Part shown: one piece after another, positions 12,975-26,995 of the stretch
How positions within the stretch are numbered: the stretch's first letter is position 1
How the letters are laid out: each line of letters starts with the position of its first letter
Assembly (NCBI RefSeq): GCF_006345805.1
Contig: NC_042999.1
Span: forward strand, 87,916,001 to 87,980,000
Reading direction: 5' to 3'
DNA: 64,000 nucleotides
Source of the DNA: Octopus sinensis
Taxonomy: Eukaryota
Program-made: the position numbers and the translations under genes
Notes under the pieces: generated by a model
The model's database searches: none
What the model saw: only the letters and a program-made list of their open reading frames with translations
What the model was told of the DNA's origin: nothing

Positions 12975-13548
12975 AATATGTTTCATTACTCGATAGTCAA
13001 GATAAAACTCTGAGTTTCAGATGCCGAAGTGGGAATCCACGACATCTCTTCGGTTATCTGGCTATTTGAAAACGCTTTGAAAAAATACCGTTATACAAAG
13101 GGAAATTACTGTGTTATAACTCTGCTTGCCTGCGTACTTATACATCGCTCGCATTTTTCGCCATAAAAATTATATATATAAAAATACATAAAAAATATAT
13201 AAAAGTATATAAAAATATATAAAATGTATGATAGAAGGTGTGATGAGGTAAAAAAATCCTCTTGGGACATAACATAGAAAGCATGTTCTATCTGTTTTCT
13301 TTAGAGGACCAAAAACGTAACAGAAATTTAGTCACGTATGGGCATGATCCGAAATGTTCTGTCCTTGTGTTTAGACATGTAGTAGGGTCTAAGCCGAGGT
13401 TATAACACAGTAATTTCCCTTTGTATAACGGTATTTTTTCATAGCGTTTTCAAATAGCCAGATAACCGAAGAGATGTCGTGGATTCCCACTTCGGCATCT
13501 GAAACTCAGAGTTTTATCTTGACTATCGAGTAATGTAACATATTGTAT
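12968..13548. repeat. Inverted repeat with ~150-bp arms (12968-13120 / 13399-13548), each carrying a hammerhead-like fold; probable inverted Penelope pLTR pair
   Basis: Arms are near-perfect reverse complements (e.g. gataaaactctgagtttcagatgccgaagtgggaatccacgacatctcttcgg); spacer ~280 bp. Confidence 0.88.
13460..13519 (+). ncRNA. Non-canonical type I hammerhead-like motif (mirror copy on the minus strand at 13000-13059)
   Basis: Stem I AGATAA/TTATCT; core CCGAAGA; stem II GATGTCG/CGGCATC; an extra T; GAAA; stem III ACTC-A-GAGT; triplet GTT. Confidence 0.55.
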
Positions 13549-14487
13549 AGATAAATTTCCTCTATTTACATAATATTGAGGTCTCTTTCTTTCTTTTGTT
13601 ATCTTACCGTTTTACCAATATATATATATATATAATTAACCTTTTTTATACATAAAATAAACCTTTTGAAAGTGTCTCGACGCTTAAGTCAAAGTTTTGG
13701 CCACAAATTAGCAGATAGATACATAAGCTGAAACAGCTTATATATCTTTCTGCTAATTCTGTTTCAGAATACTAATTTTGTTTCAGAAAAAAAAAACATT
13801 TCTTCGTACGTATATCGTTACGAAGGTTCAAATAAATACAAAATGAACAATTCCCAAATAGCTTTAGACTTTTAATTAATCGGAAAAGAAGGCAAAATGA
13901 TTTTTCTAAATTGAATTTGTGGAGTATGGTTCATAAAAATATAATGTAGATGTATAAATTACGAAACACCTAGAGACTTACTTTACAAAACACTTATTAC
14001 TATATACAGAAAAACATGCTGTTTCGTAGAATATAGTTTAATTTAGCGTTTAGATGTTGTCAAATGGTAATCTTTCGTTCTGAGTTCACATCTAGCCAGG
14101 ATCTGCATTGTCGCTTCAACCGCTCCGTTTTACACAGTTTTTTTTTCTACTAGAAAGAAACTAAAATAAGTTAAACGAATAGAAAAGAAATATATTTTGA
14201 ATTTGTATAAATACCTACATATATTTACATACATATTTTCGTTTAATAATTTCATACATTCGGTAATAATTTTAGATTCGAAATTCTATTATGCCAAAAT
14301 ATATAGAAAATGTATAAAATTCTTGCCAAAAACATAACATGACTTACACAGATTTTATGTTTGGAATACCAAACCTTATAGATGCAGTTATAAAACGGCA
14401 TAAAACGTTGAGAGGCTGCCAATACACACTGACTTGACTGTAAATAAGGTCAGAAAGCAATTAAAGGTATGCATTTAGCCCACTTAA

Positions 14488-14520
<33 letters not shown>

Positions 14521-15288
14521 AAGGAAGAAAACAGAAACGAAAACTCAAATCAAAAGTAAGACAATTTTTCAGAATTAATTTCCAGTCGATGTAAATCATT
14601 ATTTTAAATCTGAATGTTTTGTTTCTCATGTGATTTTAGATTTTTAGCTTTGCAGAGAAAGCAAAGTAGATGTATACCTAAATAGAATAATTACTTTAAA
14701 AAACGAAAGATTTTTCAAATCTCTAAAAGCTTTTTTATGAGCGAAATGTTCTAGTCGTGGTCGTCGTCTACTTCTTTTACTGTTGCCAATTCTTTTTCTT
14801 TTTTAATTTGTATTGCTATACATACGTACAAGACACGCATTTATATACAACACTGTTTCATAACTAAATGCGTTCGCATACAGGGTTAGAACTTCATTTT
14901 AAGGGAGGCTTGTAGTGAATTTTTTAAACTGTGAGAATAGTCAAGCACATCGAAACGTATACACACATACACACACATATATATAGGGATACATTAGGTC
15001 TGATACGACCCAAATCTAGCTAACATTGTCGAGAGGGAACACACACAATTGTTTAACATAAACAATTAAACGATACTTCACTCGATAGGCAAATCATGAG
15101 TCCATCTGATTGGATTTCAAAACGCATACATAGTTTTTCAACAGGACATCACAAAGAGAAAGGGAAAATTATGCATCTTCAGAATTTATTTGATATAGGA
15201 TTTTTCTCATTAAATTCCAGGCACGTGTCAAATAAATTTCGAAGATGTACAACACTGCATTATTCATGATATCATGATTATATGTATA

Positions 15289-16462
15289 CAGGATGTACTC
15301 AAAAAATGTATACACACTTTAGCAGCTGATGTTTTTTTTTCTTTCCCGGTGAAACCTATTGGAATTAATGGTAGCAGTAAGACTAAGATTTGAACAAAGG
15401 AAATTCGTTCTAAAATGCTACTGGAAGTGTGAAAACGCATTTGAAGTGCAAAGACATTTTAAGAGGGAGTTTCAAACAGATCCTTCAACGCGATCCAAAT
15501 TAGAGATAAGTATGAAACCGATGGAGCTGTTCAGAATGTCCACGAAAAGCGTTCCGGAAGAGCACAAACATCGACAATCCCTACAAAGTAAGAAGGAATG
15601 CTGGGAATGTATCATCAAAGTCCAAGAAAGTCTGTGCGGAAAGTGAATCTTGAAGTAGGTATTTCAAAATAGTCTGTCCAACGCATTTTGAAGCGTTGAC
15701 AATGGTAAAGTTACGTTCCAAGATTAGTCCATGCTATTAATGACGATGATCTAGACCGATGTTTGCAGTATTGCGAGTGGTACTTGGCACGACGTGTAGA
15801 AGATGCACACTTTCCAACAAAGATTGTGTGGAGCGCTGAGGCCACATTCAAATTAAATGGTTCAGTTAACCATCATAATTGCACCTACTGGGAACCTGAG
15901 AATCCGCATGTTATGTCGGAAAGCAATGTTAATTTACCAGAAGTTACAGTGTGGTGCGGTTTATTATCAAAACGATTAATTGGACCATTCTTTCTTTCAC
16001 ACTATTGTGACTGGTCCCATTTACTTGAACTTGCTGCAACAGTCTGTCATGCCAAGCATTAGAGAAGACTTTGAAGATGAGGAGTTGTATTTTCAGCAAA
16101 ATGGGGTTTCTTTGAATACCCTGTGCGTTCACCAAACATCACAGCACTAGACTTTTTTATGGAGATACCTAAAAGACAAAGTCTACGCTATGAAACCTGC
16201 AACAGTCACTGATTTGAGTGCAACCATTGAACGAGAATGCACACAAATACCAAACGAATTGTTTCGTGATGTTTGCGAATCCATTGCTTCGCGTTGTCAG
16301 CAGTGTCTGCACCAGAACGGACGTCAGTTTGTAAACAGGCATTCGCAAAACAATAAAATAATGTCAGTAGATTCTATTAAATTTTAAAAATGAAATGTAT
16401 TTTAATAAACACCTACTTTATAATTATTATTTAAAGTGTGTATATATTTTCAGGACACCCTA
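15289..16462 (+). mobile_element. Tc1/mariner-superfamily element (DDxD type), degenerate with internal deletion
   Basis: TA-flanked TIRs cagg(a/g)tgt(a/c)ct..aaaat(g/a)tatacacacttta; motifs KIVWS(A)[18 protein letters not shown]...IGPFF, LYFQQNG and LDFFLWRYLKDKVY. Confidence 0.88.
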
Positions 16463-16466
16463 TATA

Positions 16467-16562
<96 letters not shown>

Positions 16563-16714
16563 TTATATATAGTCAATATGATGATACTTAGACCTCTTAT
16601 AGGGATATTTTTAGCCAAGATACACAGGTTTAATATATTCTATTTTGAAGAGATATTTCTTCAATGAATATATTATATAAACTATCATAAAATATCAAAT
16701 ATTGTTAAGATTGA

Positions 16715-16970
16715 AAACGGAGAGATCTAGTGGATACAAATTAATTGATTAAATTAATTGACATATTCAACTACAATTGTTTAATTTCACAACCAAAATG
16801 AAAACTACAAAACATATATATAATATATAATCTTGCCTTTTAAAATACCTTGGATGGAAAAATGATCGGGACATTACTAGGATTACAGTGTGATCCGTTG
16901 GAATGCTCAGAATATATAATCATGTTTATTATGTGCATTATGTGAATTATGTCTGTTATGTATATGCGTG

Positions 16971-17069
<99 letters not shown>

Positions 17070-17211
17070 TATATACATATATATATATATATGTTTATAT
17101 ATATATTATATATGCTTTGTAGTTTTAATTTTGGTTGTGAAGTGAAACAATAGTAAGTGAATATGTTAATTAATTAATAAATTAATTTGTATCCACTAGA
17201 TCTCTCCGTTT
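16715..17211. repeat. Inverted repeat (~110-bp arms, ~16715-16828 / ~17104-17211) enclosing unique sequence and (TA)n
   Basis: aaacggagagatctagtggatacaaattaatt... versus ...aattaatttgtatccactagatctctccgttt; the arms have diverged internally. Confidence 0.8.
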
Positions 17212-17222
17212 GCAAATTAATA

Positions 17223-17276
<54 letters not shown>

Positions 17277-17613
17277 GTGTGTGTGTGTGTGTGTGTGTGT
17301 GTATGTATATATACATACATATGTGTGTGTGTGTGCGTGTGTGCGTGCATGTGTGTGTGTGTATGTATAAGAACTTTACAAGTCACAGCAAACACACAGA
17401 TTATTTGTTTAAAGTAAACAAATGCTTGTGTAGACATAAGCTCAAATTCCGCCGAGGTCGACTTCCACAGAGTTTCTGTCTAACAAATTTACTCACAAGC
17501 CATTGATCGGCAAAGTAAACCTCTTAATTACACAGGAATGTTTGCATTAATAGTTTGTGCATAAATCTACAGAGGTTGCTATGCATAGGGGAACAAACAC
17601 AAAATAGCCCCCC

Positions 17614-17662
<49 letters not shown>

Positions 17663-18398
17663 ATGGTTTTCAATACAGTGTGCGACAAACGAAATCACTC
17701 AAACGGCATTGCCGTGTTCGAGGCTACAGTAGAAAACCCTTGCCCAAATTGCTGCAAAGAGGACAGAACCCGAAACCACTTTATTGTGACGCGAATTTCT
17801 TGACACACACTCTATGTATATGTGTGTGTGCGTGCGTGTGTTCGTGTACGTGCGTGTATATCCGTGTTTGTGCGCTTATGGAAGAGAATGTCATGTGTGA
17901 GTGCTTGTATGTGTGTGACACACAAACACGCACACTCACGTGTACTTGTCAGCTATATATACTATAATTAGATGTTTTCTATCTCATTAGGACAATTCTC
18001 AATATTCACCACAGAATACAAAACAGTTTGAAATCCCTCGACTAGAAATAACCTAGCATATATTTAAATTTATCATAACTATGTTAATTCATTGGTATTT
18101 TTCAGACAGTTGACACGTCTCCTCTGAAATGTTTATTTTTTATTTTTCTGTAGTTGTCTTTTCTTATTTATTTTGCGAGGTATTAAAAAATAAAATCTTT
18201 CCCACTAATCACAGATGAAGGATGACTCTAAGAGGAATTGATGGACATTATTGCCAAGAAAGTAGCAAAACCGAATGCAAAATTGCAAACACCAAGTCTT
18301 AGGTGATCCGTCAATGTTATTACTATATTTAAAATATTACAATTTCTGTCAGTATATCTACTTTTTGTGTGTGTGAGAGAGTATATATGTAACTGTGT

Positions 18399-18469
<71 letters not shown>

Positions 18470-18654
18470 ATATATCGCCTAAGTGTTTCTTGTTTTCTCC
18501 TGGTATTTTTGGCATTATTTAAATTCCTGTATTTAAGATTCCTTGACGCAGCCATTAATTACTCTACTCATTATTTAATCTACGAGTAAAATCTACGAGT
18601 CCCAGGCAGCATTATTTGCTTACATGACTACGTTCCAAACTTTTTCTCGCATCT

Positions 18655-19071
18655 TACTTCTTTACTGCCCTCAAGGGGCTAAAAAAAAGGGAGGGATAAA
18701 CAAGGACAGACAAACGGATTAAGTCTATTATATCGACCCCAGTGCGTAACTGATACTTATTTAATCGACCCCGAAAGGATGAAAGGAAAAGTCAACTTCG
18801 GCGGAATTTGAATTCAGAACGTAGCGGCAGACGAAATACATATTTCTTTACTACACACAAGGGGCTAATCACAGAGAGGACAAACAAGGACAGACAAATG
18901 GATTAAGTTGATTATATCGACCCCAGTGCGTAACTGGTACTTATTTAATCGACCCCGAAAGGATGAAAGCAAAATCGACCTCGGCGTAATTTGAACTCAG
19001 AACGTTGCGGCAGACGAAATATGGCTAAGCATTTCGCCCGGCGTGTTAACGTTTCTGCCAACTCGCCGCAT
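18655..19071 (-). mobile_element. Tandem pair of SINE copies (one 5'-truncated)
   Basis: Two copies of caaggacagacaaa(c/t)ggattaag..tatatcgaccccagtgcgtaactg..atcgaccccgaaaggatgaaag; homologous to 53232-53442. Confidence 0.85.
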
Positions 19072-21704
19072 TAGACGAATAATAATATTAACAAATACAA
19101 TGAATACAGAATTTTGATATAAAAACCAAAAACATTACATATTACATAAATGTATTATAGAGGTAGCAGTCTTCCGACCAGGTATAGAAGAGGATATTCA
19201 GCACAAAGGAAAAAAGGAGAGACTAAAGTCTCGTATTAGAATGAGATAAAAAGAAAACAAAAAAAGAGCGTCTGATGAGTATTTTTATCAAAGTGTTTCT
19301 TTATAGAACTGAGTTGTTATTAAGAAATTTGTTTATATTGAGAATATGTTTTTCTGGTTTAAATGTGTCAAATATTTTAACGTCTTGATTATATTTGACA
19401 GAGGTATCAACAGAGTGTTTCAGATCTTAATCTGAAACTCTAAAATATGACAGAAATAATGCAATACAAAATATTATCTAAGCAATTGAAAACCTTAAGA
19501 GATGGCCTAAGTCGCTGGCAATGATTACAAATTGTGATAAGGAAAACACCAGAGAAATATTTCGCTCTTACGGAAACGCTGATTTTAAATCATTATGTAT
19601 AAATTTGTTGATTGTGCGAATTTCAATAATAGGAATCATCACATTTTTATACTATGTATTAGATGATAGCATTACTGTAAATGTATATTTTCAAAGTATT
19701 TTACAGAGAAAAAACGAAATATCTTGAAGACTTAAAACGTTGCCTGATTTAACTCCAACGTTTAACAACTTAGTTGCATCAGCGGAGTACATTCTGTTGT
19801 AAGCATTTGGTCAAAGCTTCTAACTCCCTCCATCGTTCCCATCGGAGACCATGCTTCTTTCCTGCTTAAAAAATGCTCGAAGAACTGATGTTGAGAGTAA
19901 AATGTATTTGTCTAAGAATGTGTTTAGTTATTACAATGAACATAAAAAAACACTTAATGTGTCTTTTACCATAATATTCATACTAAAACACTATACAAGT
20001 ACAGCTATGTGAATATGCAGCTATTTACACTTGTCGTTCAACCAGATTTATACAGATACTCATGTTCTTGTCATATGTATTCGTATTTCTAACTGTAGTT
20101 AACTTATAGTTAGGCTTGTGGTTAGATTTAGAGTCAATACATACCTGCTAGTTAAAGAGGTGATTAGTATAATTTGTAATTGAACGAAGATTACGCAACA
20201 CTAGATACTATAGAAGCATGTTTCAGAAGTCTTATATTGAGTATATTGATTTTTTGAAGGCTGTTTCTATGAACGATAAACTAAAAGCTTCTCTTTGTTC
20301 TCTTTATCATATAAATGTATGCTTAAATCAAAAAATTTTGAAAGTATGTCTTGAATTAGTTGGAAGAAGGCTTCTTTAAAATAAAAAAATCAGAGTTGCT
20401 TAATTATAATAAAAAGCTGTAATTAAAATTTAATACAGCTCTCGTTTCAATTACGATGTCTTTTCCTAGAAAACCGTAACCTACATACATTTAGTAAATG
20501 TTATTTGATCAAAAACTTTCTAATGGAATTGAGAAAGATGGAAACTGGATTATATACGAGCACTCTAGAGTTGGTGTTTATTGTGTTTATACCGAGTTCA
20601 AATTTGCTTTATCTCCACTTGTGACGTTGATAAAATAAATACCACTTTACTGGAATCGATATAATCGACTTACAGTCGCAGATATAACAGTATTGTAAGG
20701 ATATCTATTTCTTTGCTACTTGTTTTCGGTCTTGATCCCATTGCATAGAACGTTGAGCAAGTGTTTTCTACTATGGCCTTTAAAGTATTCTACCAGAACT
20801 TTATAAATGATAGTCAAGAGATAGAAATTGTTCTGAAGCCCGCCGTTTTTCTTGGCTGGTAAGTTTAAACCATCGCTCGTTTTAACATCAACAACAGGAA
20901 ACGTTATGATGAAGGTTATTTAGCGGAGTCCATTCAGTAACAAGCGATCAGGTTATGGGTAGGTTCTGGCGGTAATTTTACCCTTCCTACCAATCATAGA
21001 GGATTTGGAAAGAATCATGGGTGCTGCTCTTTCTACTCTAGTTAAGCCATTAAAATAAATCCTTTAAAGACACACTCATCATATGGTTGCGTTTTGTAAT
21101 TGAAATCAGTAACTGAATTAGAGCAAAGTATGAAACTGTATTTCTGGACCAGTAAAATAACAGCTGAAAAAGAATGCGAGACATATCAGCCACACCAGCA
21201 CTGTCAAGTTTGGTATAAATATATTCGGATGAATGTATAAGAAAAACTCAGTTTGGAACTTAAGAATTTAAGTTAATTCTCTAGATATGAAGACAAAAAA
21301 AAAAGACCAAGTAATATGATTTCAGTTGAAAACTTAGAAAACTTAGGAAGAGAGATTTTGATGTCAAATAAAAAAAACAAAAACAAGAGGCACGAAGCTG
21401 GCGTTCTTAAGAATTTAAACATGTCCTTTTTTATAATCGAATGTATAGTAAGTGGAGGTGCTTAGTTTGACAAGACGATCGATCTTCTTGTTTGAAGGTG
21501 AATCGATTTAAGAGATGATTGTTATCTAGGGATTTCTTATCATGTAGATTTTAACTCTGCCATATATTTAGGCAGGAAAAATGTCAGTAATGACCGTAGT
21601 CTTTGATTTCCATTATGTTGAAATCATCGAAAAGTTTTGTTAGAAGCGCCTTGCACTGAGTTGTTGTAAACACTGGAGCTCATTGCAATATGCGGCTATT
21701 ATCT

Positions 21705-21931
21705 AATAATAATGGTTTTAAATTTTAGCACAAAGCCACCAATTATGAGTTGTGATGACAAATTGATTACATCGACACCAGTACTTGATTGGTAATTTGC
21801 TTTATCGACCCGAAAAGCATGAAAGTCAAAGCTGACATTTATAGATTTTGAACTCGGAAGGAAATGAACCGGAAGAAATACCATGAAGTACTTATTCGAA
21901 GCGCTAACGATTATGCCAGCTCACCGCCTTA
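21705..21931 (-). mobile_element. SINE, diverged
   Basis: Shares atcgacaccagtacttgattggta...atcgacccgaaaagcatgaaag...gccagctcaccgcctt with the same family. Confidence 0.75.
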
Positions 21932-22075
21932 ACGACAACAACAACAACAACAACAATAATGATAATAATAATCCTTTCTACTAAAGGTATAAGGCATAAA
22001 ATATTGAGCGAGGTGGCTTGTAGACTACATTGATCCCACTCTGTGATATTCATGAATTTAATGCATAGTTATATG

Positions 22076-22375
22076 TATGTGAAGGCGTGTGGTTTAGTGG
22101 TTTGGGTATTCGGCTCACGATCGTAAGGTTGTAAGTTCAATACCCGGCAGCGTACATTGTCTCTTGATCAAGACACTTTATTAATGAGTGATATCTGTAT
22201 TTCAAAGGGTCAGCATTGTCATTTTTCAGTCACGTTGAATCTCTCTAAGAACAGATTTAGAGGTACGCATGTCTATGGAGTGCTCATCCGCTTGCACGTT
22301 AATTTCAGAAGCATGCTGTTCGGTTGATGAAATCAACTGGAACTCGTTCGCCGTAACCATTGTATGTTTAGAAAG
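22076..22375 (+). mobile_element. tRNA-headed SINE
   Basis: gaaggcgtgtggtttagtggtt...gtaagttcaatacccggc (A/B-box-like); related copy at 39645-39935. Confidence 0.75.
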
Positions 22376-22791
22376 CTACACAATAGTTTGGACTGTTCTT
22401 TATAATACTGCGGTATTATTCAATATATTCATCCATTTTAAGATGAAATTATTGAATTTGAAGGTTGTTGGACTGCTTCGTTGATGCATTCGTTGAGTGG
22501 AAAATTGTTTTGCAAATATTTTTGCTATGCTATTAACATTTAAATTTGAGAGCATGCAGTACCACTTTCACAGGGTATTGGATGCTTATTTTTATTTCAC
22601 TAAGTAGTTGATATCACTATTGCGTCTAGCTGTGAGGGAACTGCAAAATTAGTGTATGTATGGTTTAGGCTTCGGTACACTCCTGGGAAATACTCTCTTC
22701 TGGAAATATTGTATTACTGCACTGTAACTGAATTATAAAAAGCAACGATTGACATGAAACTCAATTGGCATTAACTCGCTCACAGACAAAC

Positions 22792-22927
22792 TTCATCCTT
22801 TGGTCCAGAGAACAGGCTGTCTCCCCCTTTTGCCTTTTCTGAGTTCTGGAGTGAGTTGGCCAGGGCCTCAAGTAAGGTCTGGGCTAGGCGGAAATTACAC
22901 TTCTGTGGTGTATTCGAAGTTTGAGTG
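22792..22927 (-). CDS. Candidate internal exon of an unidentified gene (TQTSNTPQKCNFRLAQTLLEALANSLQNSEKAKGGDSLFSGPKDE)
   Basis: GC-elevated non-repetitive island, open for 45 codons, acceptor atctttcaattacag, donor GAA|gtttgt. An alternative plus-strand exon 22786-22871 (QTSSFGPENRLSPPFAFSEFWSELARAS, donor AA|gtaagg) cannot be excluded. Confidence 0.45.
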
Positions 22928-23412
22928 CTGTAATTGAAAGATATCTATGAATCACAAGTAAAAATGAATGCATCGTTTACAGAGAAAAATAAAACAAGCT
23001 ATTTTTGAAAGGGAAGGAAATTATACACATATGTTCTTGAGGCTATTTCAGTCCCTGCTATAGATGTGTAATTATTGCGAAGAATAAAAAATTCATGAAC
23101 TGATAAAATTAACCAAATTTTTTACTATTGTGGACGAATGCTATTGTTGTACTATTGACCAAATTTTTCATCTGATCACAGGAAATATAATTATATGTTC
23201 TTGTAACAGAGACGAGTCAATATAAGAGTAATATGCGTTAATGAGCTTATAATCTCATAATTTTATATTTTGTGAGTAGATAGATTATCCGATTGTCATC
23301 AAATACGTTATTGCAGCTTACCTGGATGTTATATGATAGCGTATTACTCATGAATATTTATTCTTGGCAAACTGTATCACTGATGCATGGTAAACGTTTT
23401 CTAGCATCATGT

Positions 23413-23414
23413 AA

Positions 23415-23450
<36 letters not shown>

Positions 23451-23535
23451 CAGTAGTAGTAGTAGTAGCAGCAGCAGTAGTAGCAGTAGTAATAGTAGCT
23501 GTAGTTAAACTAATGATGATGATGATGATGATTAT
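23413..23535. repeat. (AGT/AGC)n and (GAT)n microsatellite
   Basis: Direct inspection. Confidence 0.95.
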
Positions 23536-24825
23536 GATAAATCAGCAAAATTATCGTCTTTGCAAATAATGATATGCAGGAGAGGGTTGGCAGTATTTTC
23601 AGTGCTAAAAATATAGGACAATGATGATATTTGATAATATTTTAATCGATTCTTAAAACCTCTTCGTTCATGGAATATCGCCAGCAATTTCATCTCTACA
23701 ACAATGATGCCGTACAGGACCAGCTTTTTTGTTGGCAGTGTTGTCTTTGTCAGATTAAAGTCAGCCAACACAACTGTCATTAATTAAGATTAATTTTGAT
23801 TTATGATACACTATTTAGAGATAATTATGTTTTTCTTGATCATTTATATCATTTACAGTCATCGAACAATAGATAGTCCATAGTAATACGATCAAATTTT
23901 AACTTTTTCTGCAACTCAATCTTATTGCAATCCTCAAAAATGACAATTGCGGTCAACCCCTTGTAATTATCATGCTTATTACAGTGAATCATATGCTATC
24001 CGTTCTAAGAAACAAGTTATGTTCGTCTCTTTGTATGCATCTATATTAATTAATTTAGTTACAAATGTCACTGTACCAAATTTATAATCACCTTAAATTT
24101 ATAATTATTTTCCATTTAGCATACGTTCGTTAACTAGTTAATTAATGATAAATTATATTTCTTATATAATAAATGTATCATTCCCAATACACACAGCTAT
24201 GTAGTTTTATATAAAACTATACTTTCTTTTACAAACGGATGAAATTATTGCTCAACAAGTTTAGATCTATATAAAAGAGACAAAAATATACATATATATA
24301 GAAAGACCGTGTAATTACTTAGACAAGCCTAACGTTCAAATGATTTTGCTAACTTTATTTCTGGGTCATTTGTAAACATGACCGACGGTTGCAGATCCGT
24401 ACTTTTATATTAAATATATATGATGTACGCATTCCCTTTGTTTTACTCAAATTTTAATAGAACATTTTCTATAAATCAAGATTTTTATTTCGATTTTCTA
24501 ATTAATGACTTAACGTTTAGAATAATTAATGAATTATATTTCTACACATTTTAGAGATTACCTATCAAATTAAATGAAATGAAAATATATTCTGTAATGA
24601 TGTTAATATATCCGAGAATATGAGTAAAATGCGTAATTGCTTTCTTAAAAACACAAGACAAATAACACCTTACAAAAAGTCAAGAAAAATAAACGAAAAT
24701 AATTTCTACGATTCATATTTCAAAATATCAAGTATATTTTAAAGAAACATGCACCAGTCATTTACAACTAATTAAAGTGAACTTCTCTTAAAAGTACTTT
24801 CTTTTATACATACTTACATACATAC

Positions 24826-24870
<45 letters not shown>

Positions 24871-24887
24871 CACACACACACACACAC

Positions 24888-24978
<91 letters not shown>

Positions 24979-26818
24979 GTATGTCGGTATATTTACTGCA
25001 TGAGATATTAGAAAGGTCAAGCAGGATGTAATATGTGGTATGATAAAAATGAAAGCAAGCAAATCAATCGATGACATTTTGGTAAAGTTTTTCCTTTAGT
25101 CTCTTCGTAACTTGCTATAGAATGAATAACTGGAAATATGGAGAAATATATATTTACTGGCATAGCAAAAACAGCATCATTTAAAAATTTGAAAATTCTG
25201 AGATTAAATGATAGTGACAATCATTTAATAAAATTTTCTCCTCAACACGTATTTTATTTTAATTCAGGATATGAATGCACTATGTATTACTATGCTATCA
25301 CAGGCGAAATGTTATGCAGATGTTGGTTCAGAATTCTTTAAGTTTTACATATAGCCAACGTGTATGCGAAGCTTCGTCGTTACTTAGTACATCAATTCTC
25401 ACCGCATTTTCTACCACACGGTGGGAACTACATTGTAACACCTCTGTCTGACACAATCATTTGAACAGTATCTCCTCACAAAATTTGTTTTAATTTAGTA
25501 ATAACAGGCTCTGGCGGAATAGTCGAAAGAGAGACAATAAAAGGAATTAAAAGTTGGAAAGCTGCCAATAGTTGCTTAATTTTGATTTTGGCAACAACCA
25601 TTTGTAAGAATCTCTGCCAACTTTACAGTTCAATTTTAGTCCAGTTAAGAGAACATAGTGTAAATCAATGGTATCCGGACGCAAATTGAATTTAGCTATT
25701 GCTGATGGGTACAGGAAACATATATCACAATTATATTTTGCTTTTCTCTCGACAGGAAATTTAACTGATGTTGTGTTTTCGAGCCAGACGTTAATGTCTA
25801 CGAGTGTAACTAGATTATTCGGCAAAATAGCGCACGAACATGCCTAATTATATTTTTCAAAGTATGTGTGTAGGTATAAAATGCACAGCTTATTGTTAAG
25901 CGAGTCTAGTCATACAAATATAACATATAAAACTAAAATATTTTTACTCTATATTTTTACATGATTATCTATCAAATTGACTGATTGATATGAATGCTGT
26001 TGATTAAGTTTTTTATTTTTAAAAAATTACTGAAAAAAAAATTGGAGTATACTTCTAACATTTATGTATCAACTAATAGTCACTTACATTTGATAAAAGT
26101 TGTAATCACCAAAAAGACTACACTACATTCTATGTTTAAAACGAAGTTATCTGATATTGTCGGGTTTTGATGCTTGACTTTAATCTGTGGTTCAATAAAT
26201 ATGTATACACAAGGAAAAGTAACAATAGTAACCTACGTAAACATCTTGCAATATTTCTGTCTTCAATCGGTATTGAATTTAGGCATTCATATTTAACAAT
26301 TAAACTTTTCAAACATCTAAAATGAGAATATGGAAACATTTGAATAAGCTATACCCTTGAGGCAGAAACCGACATTGCAGTCTAATCTGTACAATAATAG
26401 AACAATTCAAAGAACTACAATGCAATATAGTACACTTGACGTGGAAAATAATACAATAGATATTACAATAGAAAAACATAACAGAATCTCAATGCCATCA
26501 TATTTCTATAATTCATCATATTATGTGTGTTGATAAACATGTTTCCAACAAACAAAGACTACAATAACAGCTATATTAATTTTAAACAACATTACACATA
26601 TTTTGCATTTAGTTGAAATTGATCAGCAGATTTATACATGCATACACACATTCATAAAAGTATAAGTACTTACATAAATACATACACATACACAAGCATT
26701 TATATATATATGCCTAAATGCGTATGTATGTATACATTGCATTACACACACACATATATCATATATATTGTTGATGCTGATAAAGTTACTATTAAGGTTA
26801 ATATTATATTCATTATTA

Positions 26819-26995
26819 AGGCAATGAGCTGGCAGAATCGTTAGAATGCAGGGCAAAATGCTTAGTGGCATTACTTTCCAGCCTTCCGGGATGGATTAAA
26901 TAAGTATCAGTAGAGTACTGAAGTCGAGGTTTTCGACCATCCTCCTCCTCTAGAAATACTGGGTTTTGCACGGTAGTGGTTGAATATATTCTTGA
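26819..26995 (+). mobile_element. SINE, diverged
   Basis: aaggcaatgagctggcagaatcgttagaatgcagggcaaaatgcttag... head as in 53232. Confidence 0.7.

Noticed and set aside
25547-25825. 92-aa minus-strand ORF, plus an overlapping plus-strand acceptor and short ORF at ~25756
   Set aside because: Both strands look equally plausible, with no recognisable domain and no consistent donor; unresolved.
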